From an uncultured bacterium (lineage in GTDB: Bacteria > Krumholzibacteriota > Krumholzibacteriia > Krumholzibacteriales > Krumholzibacteriaceae), in contig CAWBAN010000002.1 of NCBI GenBank assembly GCA_963786935.1, forward strand, positions 64,001 to 128,000: a stretch of 64,000 nt of DNA. The letters are read 5' to 3'. The position numbers and the translations under genes were made by a program. The notes under the pieces were generated by a model. The model was given only the letters and a program-made list of their open reading frames with translations. It was not told where the DNA came from and searched no databases. Of this stretch, positions 47,535-56,918 are shown piece by piece; within the stretch, counting starts at the first letter, position 1, and every line of letters begins with the position of its first letter.

Positions 47535-48014
47535 ATGATAGGAGGAAAGAAAGAGGCGCGGAAGGAGGACGTCATGTTCGGGAAAGAGGGCGAACAGCTC
47601 CCAGGGGAGGGCAAAATGAATTCGATCATCGGCAAGGGCTGCAAGATCACCGGAACGATCGTTGTCAGCGAGGGAACGCTCCGGGTCGACGGCGAGTTCG
47701 AGGGAACGATCACGGTCCCGGACACGCTCGTCATCGGCAAGGACGGCCGCGTGAAAGCCGAGGTCAAGGTGAAGAGCGCGGTCGTGGGCGGCACGATCGT
47801 CGGCAACATCGACGCGAAGGAAAAGATCGAGCTTCAGGCCGGATCGCGCGTCGAGGGAGACATCAAGACGACCCGCCTCGTCATCGACGAGGGCGTCTTC
47901 TTCGAGGGCAACTGCAAGATGAGCCCCGACGGACGGAGCGAGCAGAAGCCGACGACCCAGCAGCCGCAGTACCAGCAGCCGAAAAAGCCCGAGATGCCCG
48001 TCGGCGCGCGGTGA
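47535..48014 (+). CDS. Bactofilin (polymer-forming cytoskeletal protein)
   Basis: 'IIGKG..ITG', 'LRVDG', 'V.GDI.T..L.IDEG..FEG.C.M'; the true start may be a downstream ATG. Confidence 0.9.
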   Translation: MIGGKKEARKEDVMFGKEGEQLPGEGKMNSIIGKGCKITGTIVVSEGTLRVDGEFEGTITVPDTLVIGKDGRVKAEVKVKSAVVGGTIVGNIDAKEKIELQAGSRVEGDIKTTRLVIDEGVFFEGNCKMSPDGRSEQKPTTQQPQYQQPKKPEMPVGAR

Positions 48015-48143
48015 CGATCGGCGCGCAGCGCAGGCGAAATAGATTGTGATGACGGTGCGCGTCCGGCAAGGGGCCGGAGCGCGCGAGAGATGCAAGGCGC
48101 CCGATCGCGGGCGCCTTTCGCTTCCCGCTCCGCGGGGAATGCC

Positions 48144-50597
48144 ATGATAGGCGAAACGATATCTCACTATAAAATTCTCGGGAAGCTCGGCGAGGGCGGG
48201 ATGGGAGAGGTCTACCGCGCCGAGGACACGAAACTCAAGCGCGTCGTGGCGATCAAGGTTCTGCCCGAGGACCTCGGCCGCGACGCGGAGGCGCGGGAGC
48301 GGTTTCTGCGCGAGGCGCAGGCGGCCTCCGCGCTCCAGCACGAGAATATCTGCGCCATCCACGAGATCGGCGAAGCGCCGGACGGCCGGATGTTCATCTG
48401 CATGGACTGCTATGACGGCGTGACGCTCAAGGAGCGGGTCGCCGCCGGTCCGCTGCCGATCGGAGACGCGATCGACATCGCGGATCAAATCGCCGCGGGG
48501 CTTGCCAATGCGCACGGAGCGAAGATCGTTCATCGCGATATCAAGCCGGCGAACGTCATCGTCACCCGCCGGGGCGTGGCGAAGATTCTGGATTTCGGGC
48601 TCGCCAAGCCAGCGGGAGCGGCGACGCTGACGAAGATGGGATCGACGATGGGGACCGTCGCCTATATGAGCCCGGAGCAGGCGCGGGGGGACGCGGTCGA
48701 TCATCGGACGGACATCTGGTCGCTGGGCGCCGTTCTCTATGAGATGATCGCGGGGCGGCCGCCGTTCAGGGGGGAGTACGAGTCGGCGGTCCTGTACGCG
48801 ATCATGAACGAGATCCCCGAGCCGCTCACGGCGCTCCGGAGCGGCGTGCCCCTCGAGCTCGAGAGAATCGTCAATAAGTGTCTCGCGAAGGACGCGGCCG
48901 AGCGATACCAGACGGCGGCGGATTTCTCGGCCGATCTGCGCCGCCTCAAACGGGAGATCGCCGAGGGCGCGGCGCGGACGGCAGCGGTCGGCGTTTCGCG
49001 CGCGGGAACCGCCCGGCCCCCGGGGGACGGCGCGCCGCGCAAAGCGATGTCGCGCGGCGGGAGAATCGTCGCGCTCGCAGCCGGTGCGTCCGCGATTCTC
49101 GTCGCGCTGCTCGTGATATTCAATGCCGGCGGCGTGCGCGATCGTTTCGCCGGGAGACGCGGCACGGTCGAGCCGGGGCGCATCGAATCGCTCGCGATCC
49201 TGCCGTTCGTCAACGCCGACAACGATCCCGATACGGATTACCTGAGCGACGAGATACCGGCGAGCATCACGAACAACCTCTCCCGATTGACGAGCCTGCG
49301 CGTCGTGCCCCGGAGCAGCGCGTTCCGCTATCGGGGGCGCGAGGGGGATCTCGCCGCCGTGGGACGGAAGCTGAACGTCCGCGCCATTCTCACGGGGCAG
49401 ATCCGCGTGCGAGGGGAAGATCTCAGCATCCGAGCCGAGCTCGTGGACGTCGCGGAGGACCGCCAGCTCTGGGGAGAGCACTATTCGCTCAAGCTGTCCG
49501 ATATTCTCGCGTTCGAGCAGAGTATCGCCGAGCGAATAACGGACGCCCTGCGCGTGCGCTTGACCGAGAACGATCGGAACCGGCTCTCGAAGGCCCAGAC
49601 GGAGAATGCCGAGGCCCATCGGCTGTATCTCAAAGGGCGCTATTTCTGGAACAAGCGCTCGGAGGAAGGATTCAGAAACGCCAGCGGCTATTTCCAGAAA
49701 GCGATCGAAGAGGACCCGGCATATGCACTCGCATACACGGGATTGGCCGATTCCTACAGTGTTCTCGCCGCATTCGGCATCGCAGCCCCCCGCGACGTTT
49801 TCCCGAAGGCGAAGGCGGCGGTAAGCCGGGCGCTCGAGCTCGACAGCACGCTCGCCGAAGCGCATGTCTCTCTCGCGTTCATTCTGCAGCATTACGAGTG
49901 GAACTGGCTCGAAGCGGAGAAGGAATACAAGCGGGCCATCGAGCTCGATCCGACATACGCGACGGCGCTGCACTGGTACGCCCTCCTCCTTTTGACCATG
50001 GGCCGCGTCGAGGAAGCGACTGCGACCAGCGAGGCCGCGGCGCGGCTCGATCCGCTGTCTCTTCCCGTCGCCGCATCGCTGGGAAGCGTTTATTTGTTCA
50101 TGCGGCAGTACGAGAAGGCCGAGGAGCAGTGCCTGAAGGTGGTTGAAATGGATTCGAGCTTCGCCATGGCGCGAACGGCTCTCGCGACCGTGTATATAGA
50201 GCAGGGCCTCTATGAAAAGGCGATCAGGGAGCTGGAGGCCATCGCCGCGCTCCCGACGAGCACGCCGGAAGATATCGCGTACCTCGGGTTCGGATACGCT
50301 CGCGGAGGCAGAACGAAGGAAGCGCGAGAAATTCTCGCGAGGCTCGGCGCTCGAGCCCGGGAGCGATACGTGCCCCCGGTGTTTTTCGTGATGATCCACG
50401 CGGGGCTCGGCGAGATGGCCGAGGCGTTTACATGGGCGGAGAAGGCCGTTGAAGAGCGCGACTTTTATCTCCAGGGACTGCCTCGCATGATGGCGACCGA
50501 TCCGGCCGCGGCCGCCGATCCACGCGCCGTCGATATCGTTCGGCGCATGGGGCTCAGCCCGCCGCCGCGCGCGGGCGGGACCGCGCCTCGTCCTTAG
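48144..50597 (+). CDS. Hanks-type Ser/Thr protein kinase with TM, TolB-N-like and TPR domains
   Basis: LGEGGMGEVY, VAIK, HRDIKPAN, DFGLA, YMSPE; 'SLAILPF'; TPR repeats. Confidence 0.93.
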   Translation: MIGETISHYKILGKLGEGGMGEVYRAEDTKLKRVVAIKVLPEDLGRDAEARERFLREAQAASALQHENICAIHEIGEAPDGRMFICMDCYDGVTLKERVAAGPLPIGDAIDIADQIAAGLANAHGAKIVHRDIKPANVIVTRRGVAKILDFGLAKPAGAATLTKMGSTMGTVAYMSPEQARGDAVDHRTDIWSLGAVLYEMIAGRPPFRGEYESAVLYAIMNEIPEPLTALRSGVPLELERIVNKCLAKDAAERYQTAADFSADLRRLKREIAEGAARTAAVGVSRAGTARPPGDGAPRKAMSRGGRIVALAAGASAILVALLVIFNAGGVRDRFAGRRGTVEPGRIESLAILPFVNADNDPDTDYLSDEIPASITNNLSRLTSLRVVPRSSAFRYRGREGDLAAVGRKLNVRAILTGQIRVRGEDLSIRAELVDVAEDRQLWGEHYSLKLSDILAFEQSIAERITDALRVRLTENDRNRLSKAQTENAEAHRLYLKGRYFWNKRSEEGFRNASGYFQKAIEEDPAYALAYTGLADSYSVLAAFGIAAPRDVFPKAKAAVSRALELDSTLAEAHVSLAFILQHYEWNWLEAEKEYKRAIELDPTYATALHWYALLLLTMGRVEEATATSEAAARLDPLSLPVAASLGSVYLFMRQYEKAEEQCLKVVEMDSSFAMARTALATVYIEQGLYEKAIRELEAIAALPTSTPEDIAYLGFGYARGGRTKEAREILARLGARARERYVPPVFFVMIHAGLGEMAEAFTWAEKAVEERDFYLQGLPRMMATDPAAAADPRAVDIVRRMGLSPPPRAGGTAPRP

Positions 50598-50611
50598 GAA
50601 GGAGCAAGCAT

Positions 50612-50989
50612 ATGAGACGGATCGCTGGTGCATCGTTGATTCTGTTCGTCTGCCTCGCGGCGGCGAACGCGCACGCCGGACGCATCTTCGGCGACATCAA
50701 GATGGACGGGAAGCCGGTTTCGGCGGGCCTCATGGTGACGATCGTCCCGGCGCCGCCGGCGAGCGCCCCGGCCGACACCGTCAAGCACGCCGCCGTCACG
50801 GCCGACACGACGCTCACCGACACGTTCGGCTCGTATAAGTTGAACGTGAAACAGGAGGGAAAGTGCGTCCTGACCCTCGTCTACGAGAAAAAGGCGCTCA
50901 CGCTCGAAGTCTTCTCGTACAAGAACGCGACGCGCTACGACCTGATTCTCGAGAAGAAGGACGGCAAGCCGTCCCTGAGAAGGAAGTGA
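50612..50989 (+). CDS. Hypothetical exported protein
   Basis: AGGAG RBS, signal peptide AHA, coding-like codon bias. Confidence 0.65.
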   Translation: MRRIAGASLILFVCLAAANAHAGRIFGDIKMDGKPVSAGLMVTIVPAPPASAPADTVKHAAVTADTTLTDTFGSYKLNVKQEGKCVLTLVYEKKALTLEVFSYKNATRYDLILEKKDGKPSLRRK

Positions 50990-50996
50990 CCGCGAA

Positions 50997-51902
50997 ATGA
51001 GCGACGTGCCTGTCAAGAAGCGGGACCAGTGGGACAAGATAGACATTCTCCTGCGTCCGGTGGGCGGTCTGCTCACGGCGGCGGCGATCGCGCTGATCGG
51101 CTTCATGACCTCGAGCGCGCTGAATCAGCGGCAGACGGCCGACACGAACACGCGCCTCTATACCGAGCTGATGAGCCGACGCGAGGAGTCGGAGAGCGCG
51201 CTCCGCAAGGACATGTGCGTCTCGATCATCAACTCCTTCGTGAACCCGCGCGACACGGGGCTCGGGCCCTCGGTCCTCAACCTCGAGATGCTCGCCTACA
51301 ACTTTCACGAGTCGCTCAACTTGAAGCCGCTGTTCGAGGAGATGCGCCGCCGCGTGATCGCCGCGCGGCTCGAAGCGAGGACGCCGGAGGCGCGGGCGGA
51401 GAATGACGCCTACCTCGCGCGCCTCGAATCGACGGCGGGAGAGATCGTGCGCCGGCAGATGATCGTCCTCGAGGGCCACGGCAGACGCTTCGACCGCACG
51501 ATCGACCTGACGGGCGATCCGGAGGGCACGAGCCTCGAGCCGGAGGCGCTGACGCTCGACGGCATCACGACGACCTTCGCGATCGACATCCTCGGAGTCG
51601 ACCGCGAGAACCGCGAGATCCAGATAGGGCTCAGCATCGAAACCCCGGACCCGGAGCTGGGCCGCCAGACGAAGGTGGCGACCTTCGGCGTCACATACTA
51701 CGATTTTCCGATGATCGACAACACGCGGCTCGTGGGCGGGCAGCGCTGCTCGGTGGTGCTGAACGGCATGTCGGATCAGTCCGCCGACATCACGCTCGTC
51801 CTCTTCCCGGGGACCTATGCGAGCCTCAAGGAGAAGCCGTACTACGACGAGGTAATCCAGAGCATTTTGAGCGCCGGCCGGAAGAAAGGTGGAAGCGAAT
51901 GA
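50997..51902 (+). CDS. Hypothetical membrane-anchored protein
   Basis: One N-terminal TM helix, operon spacing, coding-like codon bias. Confidence 0.65.
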   Translation: MSDVPVKKRDQWDKIDILLRPVGGLLTAAAIALIGFMTSSALNQRQTADTNTRLYTELMSRREESESALRKDMCVSIINSFVNPRDTGLGPSVLNLEMLAYNFHESLNLKPLFEEMRRRVIAARLEARTPEARAENDAYLARLESTAGEIVRRQMIVLEGHGRRFDRTIDLTGDPEGTSLEPEALTLDGITTTFAIDILGVDRENREIQIGLSIETPDPELGRQTKVATFGVTYYDFPMIDNTRLVGGQRCSVVLNGMSDQSADITLVLFPGTYASLKEKPYYDEVIQSILSAGRKKGGSE

Positions 51903-52630
51903 AGAAACTCATCATCGTCCTGGCCGTCATCGCGGCGATCGTCGTGGTCGCCCTGATCGTCGCGGTATCGAATCTCGACAAGCTCATCGCCAAGGGGATC
52001 GAGAAGGGCGGCAGCGAGGCGACGCAGACAAAGGTCAGCGTGTCCGGCGTCGACATCTCGCTCCGCGAGGGACGCGGGTCGATCAAGGGGCTGCGCGTGG
52101 AGAGCCCGGAGGGATTCGGCGCCCGCACGGCGCTGTCCCTCGAAGACATCACCATCGCCCTCGACATCAAGAGCGCGGGCGAGGATCCGATCGTCATCGA
52201 CGAAATCCGTATCAAGGCTCCGGTCGTGAATGCCGAGATTACGCAGGCCGGCGAGACCAACATCAACGTGCTCAAGAAGAGGGTGGAATCGTACCGCGGG
52301 AAGGTGACGGTGGGAGGGGGAAATTCGGGCGAGCCGGGCAAGAAGCTCAGGATCATGAAATTCGTTTTCGAGGAGGGGCGCATCGAAGTGGACGCGTCCG
52401 CTCTCGGGATCGAAAAGAAAACGATCGTTCTTCCCGAGATCCGGCTGAACGATATCGGCGGCGCGACGGGCGCCACGCCCGAAGAGATCGCCAAGGAAAT
52501 TCTGACGGCCGTGGCCCGGCAGACGTCCTCGGCGATCGCCGATTCCGGGATCGACGGATTGATCAAGGACAAGCTCGGCGAATCGGCCGTCGACAAGGCC
52601 AAGGGAGTGCTCGAGAAGGTTTTCAAGTAG
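51899..52630 (+). CDS. AsmA/DUF748-like periplasmic protein
   Basis: N-terminal anchor, 'VSVSGVDISL', 'I.GL.V..P.GF', 'TNI..L'. Confidence 0.6.
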   Translation: MKKLIIVLAVIAAIVVVALIVAVSNLDKLIAKGIEKGGSEATQTKVSVSGVDISLREGRGSIKGLRVESPEGFGARTALSLEDITIALDIKSAGEDPIVIDEIRIKAPVVNAEITQAGETNINVLKKRVESYRGKVTVGGGNSGEPGKKLRIMKFVFEEGRIEVDASALGIEKKTIVLPEIRLNDIGGATGATPEEIAKEILTAVARQTSSAIADSGIDGLIKDKLGESAVDKAKGVLEKVFK

Positions 52631-52642
52631 AGGGAGGCTCTC

Positions 52643-53383
52643 GTGCGGTGCGCGAAGCGCATATCACCGCCGCTTCTCGCGGCGGCGCTCGCGGTTATCG
52701 CCTTCGCTGCTTCGGGCTGCGCCACGCTCCAGCAGACGATGGGCGCCGTATTATCGGCGGATTCGACGGGCGGCACGCTCGACGAGCCCACGGTCATCGC
52801 CGGCATCAAGGAGGCCCTGAAGGTCGGCACGGAGAACACCGTGATCTCGACCTCGAAGCTGGATGGATTTCTCAGCAATGAGTTGATCCGGATCGCCGTG
52901 CCCGAGCAGATGACGACGGTCGCCTCGACGCTGCGCAAAGTTGGATTCGGGAGCCAGGTCGACGAGCTCGAGGTCGGCATGAACCGGGCGGCGGAGCGCG
53001 CAGCCGGGGAAGCGAAAGAGGTCTTCTGGACCGCCATCAAGGGGATGACCGTCTCCGACGCATTCGGCATTCTCGACGGCGGGAGCACGGCGGCCACGGA
53101 TTATTTCCGAGCGAAGACCTCCGCGACGCTCAAAACCCGCTTCCAGCCCATCGTCGAGGAGAAGATTCAGGAGGTCGGGGTCTCGCGCATGTACACAAAG
53201 GTCGCCGACACCTACAACAGCCTCCCGCTCGCCGGCACGCAGAAGATGGTGGATCTCGACGAGTACGTGACCGACAAGGCGCTGTCGGGGCTCTTCACCG
53301 TGCTCGCCATGGAGGAGCAGAGGATCAGGGAGGATCCCGTGGCCCGCACGACGGATTTGCTGAAGAAAGTCTTCGGGCGCTGA
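52643..53383 (+). CDS. DUF4197 family lipoprotein
   Basis: 'GIKEALKVG', 'MNRAAERAA', 'AATDYF', 'IREDPVARTTDLLKKVFG'; lipobox ASGC. Confidence 0.85.
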   Translation: MRCAKRISPPLLAAALAVIAFAASGCATLQQTMGAVLSADSTGGTLDEPTVIAGIKEALKVGTENTVISTSKLDGFLSNELIRIAVPEQMTTVASTLRKVGFGSQVDELEVGMNRAAERAAGEAKEVFWTAIKGMTVSDAFGILDGGSTAATDYFRAKTSATLKTRFQPIVEEKIQEVGVSRMYTKVADTYNSLPLAGTQKMVDLDEYVTDKALSGLFTVLAMEEQRIREDPVARTTDLLKKVFGR

Positions 53384-53425
53384 GCCGCCGGCCGCGGCGC
53401 ACGGCAGCGTGCGGCGCTTCGCGCG

Positions 53426-53455
53426 AAAAAAAAGGCGCCCGATGTCGGGCGCCTT
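53426..53455 (-). terminator. Intrinsic terminator of hsp20
   Basis: AAGGCGCCCGA/TCGGGCGCCTT stem followed by a U-tract on the minus strand. Confidence 0.75.
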
Positions 53456-53507
53456 GGGGACTGGCCGCTGGTTGCACGCGGCCGGGCACTCTGGAGGCAG
53501 GCCAGAG

Positions 53508-53951
53508 CTACTTCACTTGCACTTCGATCTGCTTGGGCTTCGGCTTCTCCGTTTTCGGAATCTCGAGCTTGAGCACGCCGTCCTTGAACTCGGCGACGAT
53601 GCCGTCCTTGTTCACGTTCTCGGGGAGCATGAAGGTCCTGACGAACTCGCCGTAGTACCGCTCGCAGAGGCGGTAGTTCTTATCCTTCCTTTCGTCCTCG
53701 ACCTTCTTCTCGCCGCGGAGCGTGAGCGTATTGTCCTCGACCTCGATCTTGATGTCTTCCTTCTTCAGGCCGGGCAGATCCGCGACGAGCTCGTAACCGC
53801 CGTCCTGCTCGACGATGTCGACGCGGGGCGCCCAGCGTATGAATCTCGTCTCGTCCCCTTGCTTGTCGACGCCGAAGAAATTGCCGAGGAGCATGTCCAT
53901 ATCCTGAAGCCCGAGCATGTCCCTCATGGGATTGCATCTGACGATAGCCAT
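53508..53951 (-). CDS. Hsp20 / alpha-crystallin small heat-shock protein
   Basis: 'PRVDI', 'DLPGL', 'ERYYGEF.R', 'A.FKDGVL...PK'; GGAGG RBS. Confidence 0.93.
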   Translation of the reverse strand: MAIVRCNPMRDMLGLQDMDMLLGNFFGVDKQGDETRFIRWAPRVDIVEQDGGYELVADLPGLKKEDIKIEVEDNTLTLRGEKKVEDERKDKNYRLCERYYGEFVRTFMLPENVNKDGIVAEFKDGVLKLEIPKTEKPKPKQIEVQVK

Positions 53952-54028
53952 TTCGGCACCTCCTGCTTCTACTGTTTCACGTTCGCAATCACAAATCCGA
54001 TACAACTGCTTTCTGCCGAGGTAATATC

Positions 54029-54044
54029 GCAGGAGGCGTGCCAA
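54029..54044 (-). promoter_or_regulatory. Sigma54 (-24/-12) promoter of hsp20
   Basis: TTGGCACGCCTCCTGC matches TGGCAC-N5-TTGC with one mismatch. Confidence 0.7.
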
Positions 54045-54276
54045 AGCGAAACGCCAACCCAACTCATTGAAAAGTAATGCGATAGGAAATTTGTTGAAAA
54101 CTTGACGGATTGACCGGGCGGATTTCCCCTGCCAAAATGTGCCAAGCGGCCGAAAAAGCGGCGCATCGAATGCCAATATGGCAGAGACTGTCTGGCTGAT
54201 GATTCATGGCGATATGACATGTTGGGGGGCGCAGTGATCCCGGGCGCGGGGCCGGCGCATGAGCGCGTCCGTCCGG

Positions 54277-56043
54277 CTAACGGCGTTTCTTGTGCACGAT
54301 GGAAAGAAGCTCGCGGGCGGTCCTCGTATTGAGAATGTTCTTCTTCTCGAGCCAGCCGCGGCGCGCGGTGCCGATGCCGTAGACCATGTGGTCGAGCTCG
54401 GCGAGGACGTGGCTGTCGGTGCCGATGCCGATCATAACGCCGGCCGCGGCCGCGGCGCGGCAGCTCGCCGCGTCGAGATCGAGGCGCGCCGGATGCGCGT
54501 TGATCTCGATCGCCGTGCCGGTGCGCGCGGCGGCGCGGATGACCTCCTGCATATCGATCTCGAACGCGTCGCGGATGCCGATGAGGCGCCCCGTGGGGTG
54601 CGCGAGAATTCCGGCGTATGGATTCTCCATCGCGCGGACGACGCGCGCGGTCATCTCGTCGCGCTTCATCTTGAATTTCGAATGAATCGCGACATAGGCG
54701 ACGTCGAGCCGCGCGAGAAGCTCATCGCTCATGTCGAGCGTCCCGTCGGGGAGAATGTCCACCTCGCTTCCCTTGAGGAGCTTGAAGCCCTTGAGCTTCG
54801 CGTTGACGCGGTCGATCTCGGCGAGCTGCTTGCGGAGACGCTCGGGGGAGAGGCCGTTCGCGATATGGAGGCCCTGCGAGTGGTCGGTGATGAGCATGTA
54901 CGAGTAGCCGCGCTTCTTCGCCGCGGCCGCGATCTCTTCGAGGGTGGCGGCGCCGTCGCTGTAGTTCGAGTGGCAGTGGAGATCGCCGCGGATGTCGCCG
55001 ATCTCGACGAGCGTGGGGAGCTCTCCGCCGCGCGCGGCCTCGATCTCGCCCGAGTCCTCGCGGATCTCGGGCGGGATGTACGGGAGACCGAGCATGCGGT
55101 ACACCTCTTCCTCGGTCTTTCCCGCGACGCGAACCTCATTCGCCTGCGCGCCGGCCTTCTTGCGCGCGGCTGCATTCGCGCCTGCTGGCTGGAACACTCC
55201 GTATTCGCTCAGCTTCATTCCCTTTTTGATGGCGATCTCACGGAGCCTGATATTGTGCTCCTTCGAGCCGGTGAAGTAGTTGAGCGCCGAGCCGTACGAT
55301 GCAGCCTCGACGACGCGGAGATCGGCCTGGATTCCCTCGCGCGTGACGACGCTTCCCTTCGTGGAGCCTTCGGCGAGAATGCGCGAGACGTCGTCGAGAT
55401 GCGTGAAATGCTCGATGACCTTCTCCGGCGCGGAGGAAACCACGAGAATGTCGATATCGCCGACCGTCTCTCGGAAGCGGCGCAGGCTCCCCGCCACCGA
55501 TATTTTCTTCACCTCGGGAAGCTCCTCGAGCGCAGCGACGATGCGCCGGGCGAGCGGCAGCGCCGTGCCGATCGGTGTGCGGGCGCTCGCGCGGCTCAGG
55601 AACTCGAGCCCCTTGAGAATGTTCTCCTCGGTCTTCGCCTTCATTTTGGGCAGCTCTTGAATGCGATGCTCGAGAGCCGCGTGCCGCAGCTCGTCGAGCG
55701 AGTTGATGCCGAGCTCGGCGTGCAGACGGACGGCCGTCTTCGGGCCGATGCCGGGGATCCGGAGCATGTCGAGGAGCACCTGCGGCGTTTCCTTGCGGAG
55801 CTCGTTGAGATAATCGATCTCGCCGCTGTCGAGATACTCGGCGATCTTCCCGGCGAGATCCTTGCCGATCCCCGGGAGCTCGTCGAGCTTCTGCTCTTCG
55901 GCGACGTCCTCGATGGGCATGGAGAGCCCTTCGATGTTCTGCGCGGCGCGCCGGTAGGCGTTCACGCGGAAGACGTTCTCTTGCTTGAGCTCGAGAATGT
56001 CGGCGATTTCGTTGAAAAGTGCCGCGATTTCCCTGTTCTTCAT
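54277..56043 (-). CDS. polX: DNA polymerase X / PHP exonuclease
   Basis: AGSLRR, GDIDI, DLR, FTGSKEHN, HCHS..SDG, TDHS, HPTGR, TDSH. Confidence 0.95.
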   Translation of the reverse strand: MKNREIAALFNEIADILELKQENVFRVNAYRRAAQNIEGLSMPIEDVAEEQKLDELPGIGKDLAGKIAEYLDSGEIDYLNELRKETPQVLLDMLRIPGIGPKTAVRLHAELGINSLDELRHAALEHRIQELPKMKAKTEENILKGLEFLSRASARTPIGTALPLARRIVAALEELPEVKKISVAGSLRRFRETVGDIDILVVSSAPEKVIEHFTHLDDVSRILAEGSTKGSVVTREGIQADLRVVEAASYGSALNYFTGSKEHNIRLREIAIKKGMKLSEYGVFQPAGANAAARKKAGAQANEVRVAGKTEEEVYRMLGLPYIPPEIREDSGEIEAARGGELPTLVEIGDIRGDLHCHSNYSDGAATLEEIAAAAKKRGYSYMLITDHSQGLHIANGLSPERLRKQLAEIDRVNAKLKGFKLLKGSEVDILPDGTLDMSDELLARLDVAYVAIHSKFKMKRDEMTARVVRAMENPYAGILAHPTGRLIGIRDAFEIDMQEVIRAAARTGTAIEINAHPARLDLDAASCRAAAAAGVMIGIGTDSHVLAELDHMVYGIGTARRGWLEKKNILNTRTARELLSIVHKKRR

Positions 56044-56135
56044 ATGGGTGCGATTCTAGCACAGGACAAGGGGCCGGAGTATTCCCTTTCCGCGCGCTCG
56101 GAGCGTGCGTTATCATTCAGGCAGGGGGAGGCGCC

Positions 56136-56822
56136 ATGTTCAATCGACTGTCCCGGGCATGCCTTTTGGGGGCGTCGGGAATTCTGTTTCTTGCGCTCCT
56201 CGCGGTGCCCGGATGCTTCACCTACTCCTCCTATCAGTCGGCGCGGATCGTCGAGCGGGGAGAGCCGCAGGTAACGTTCGCCGTTTCGAGCAGCGGGATC
56301 CTCGACGTCCCCGAGGACGAAGACGCGAGGTGGTACGCCTTCGAGACGTGCCTTCGCGGCGGCCTCGCGGATCGCGTCGACGGCGCCCTCACGCTTTCTA
56401 TCTTTTCGAACACACCGGAGGAGTGGGGGGCGGCGGTCGTCACCGCGGACATGCGCGTCGGCATCATCCGGGATTATCTCGCGTTCACCCTGCCGGTGAG
56501 CGTCACCGTGGGAGATTTCTACCTCGCCTCGCTCCGCATGCAGCCGGGGCTCGTGGGATCCGTGCCAATCGGCGCGAGGCTGGAAATCACGGGAGCGGCG
56601 CGGGCCCATGTCTTCGTGCGCTACACCGATCTCTTCGCCATGGGATACAACATCGGATTGGGCATCAGGGACGATTCCGGCAAATGGACGCTCCGGCCGG
56701 AAGTCGGATGGATGGTGTTTCGGGATGAGGTTGACTACGATCAGCCGACCTATTTCCAGTACGGGATAGGGCTCGAGTTCGGGAGCCCGAAACCGAAAAC
56801 CGGGCAGAAACGCGATCCATAG
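56136..56822 (+). CDS. Hypothetical lipoprotein / small beta-barrel-like protein
   Basis: GGAGG RBS, lipobox-like VPGC, alternating beta-strand pattern. Confidence 0.55.
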   Translation: MFNRLSRACLLGASGILFLALLAVPGCFTYSSYQSARIVERGEPQVTFAVSSSGILDVPEDEDARWYAFETCLRGGLADRVDGALTLSIFSNTPEEWGAAVVTADMRVGIIRDYLAFTLPVSVTVGDFYLASLRMQPGLVGSVPIGARLEITGAARAHVFVRYTDLFAMGYNIGLGIRDDSGKWTLRPEVGWMVFRDEVDYDQPTYFQYGIGLEFGSPKPKTGQKRDP

Positions 56823-56918
56823 AGGAACGCAGTAAGCGTTGATTTATAGCGGGTTCCTCCTGTACAATTCCCCGTGCGACATCCTTCCCGATCCGCCCTT
56901 ACCAGGAGGAGGTTTCCC

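Noticed and set aside
45750..50633. 1627-aa minus-strand ORF
   Set aside because: Antisense shadow of parB, M23, bactofilin and the kinase gene.
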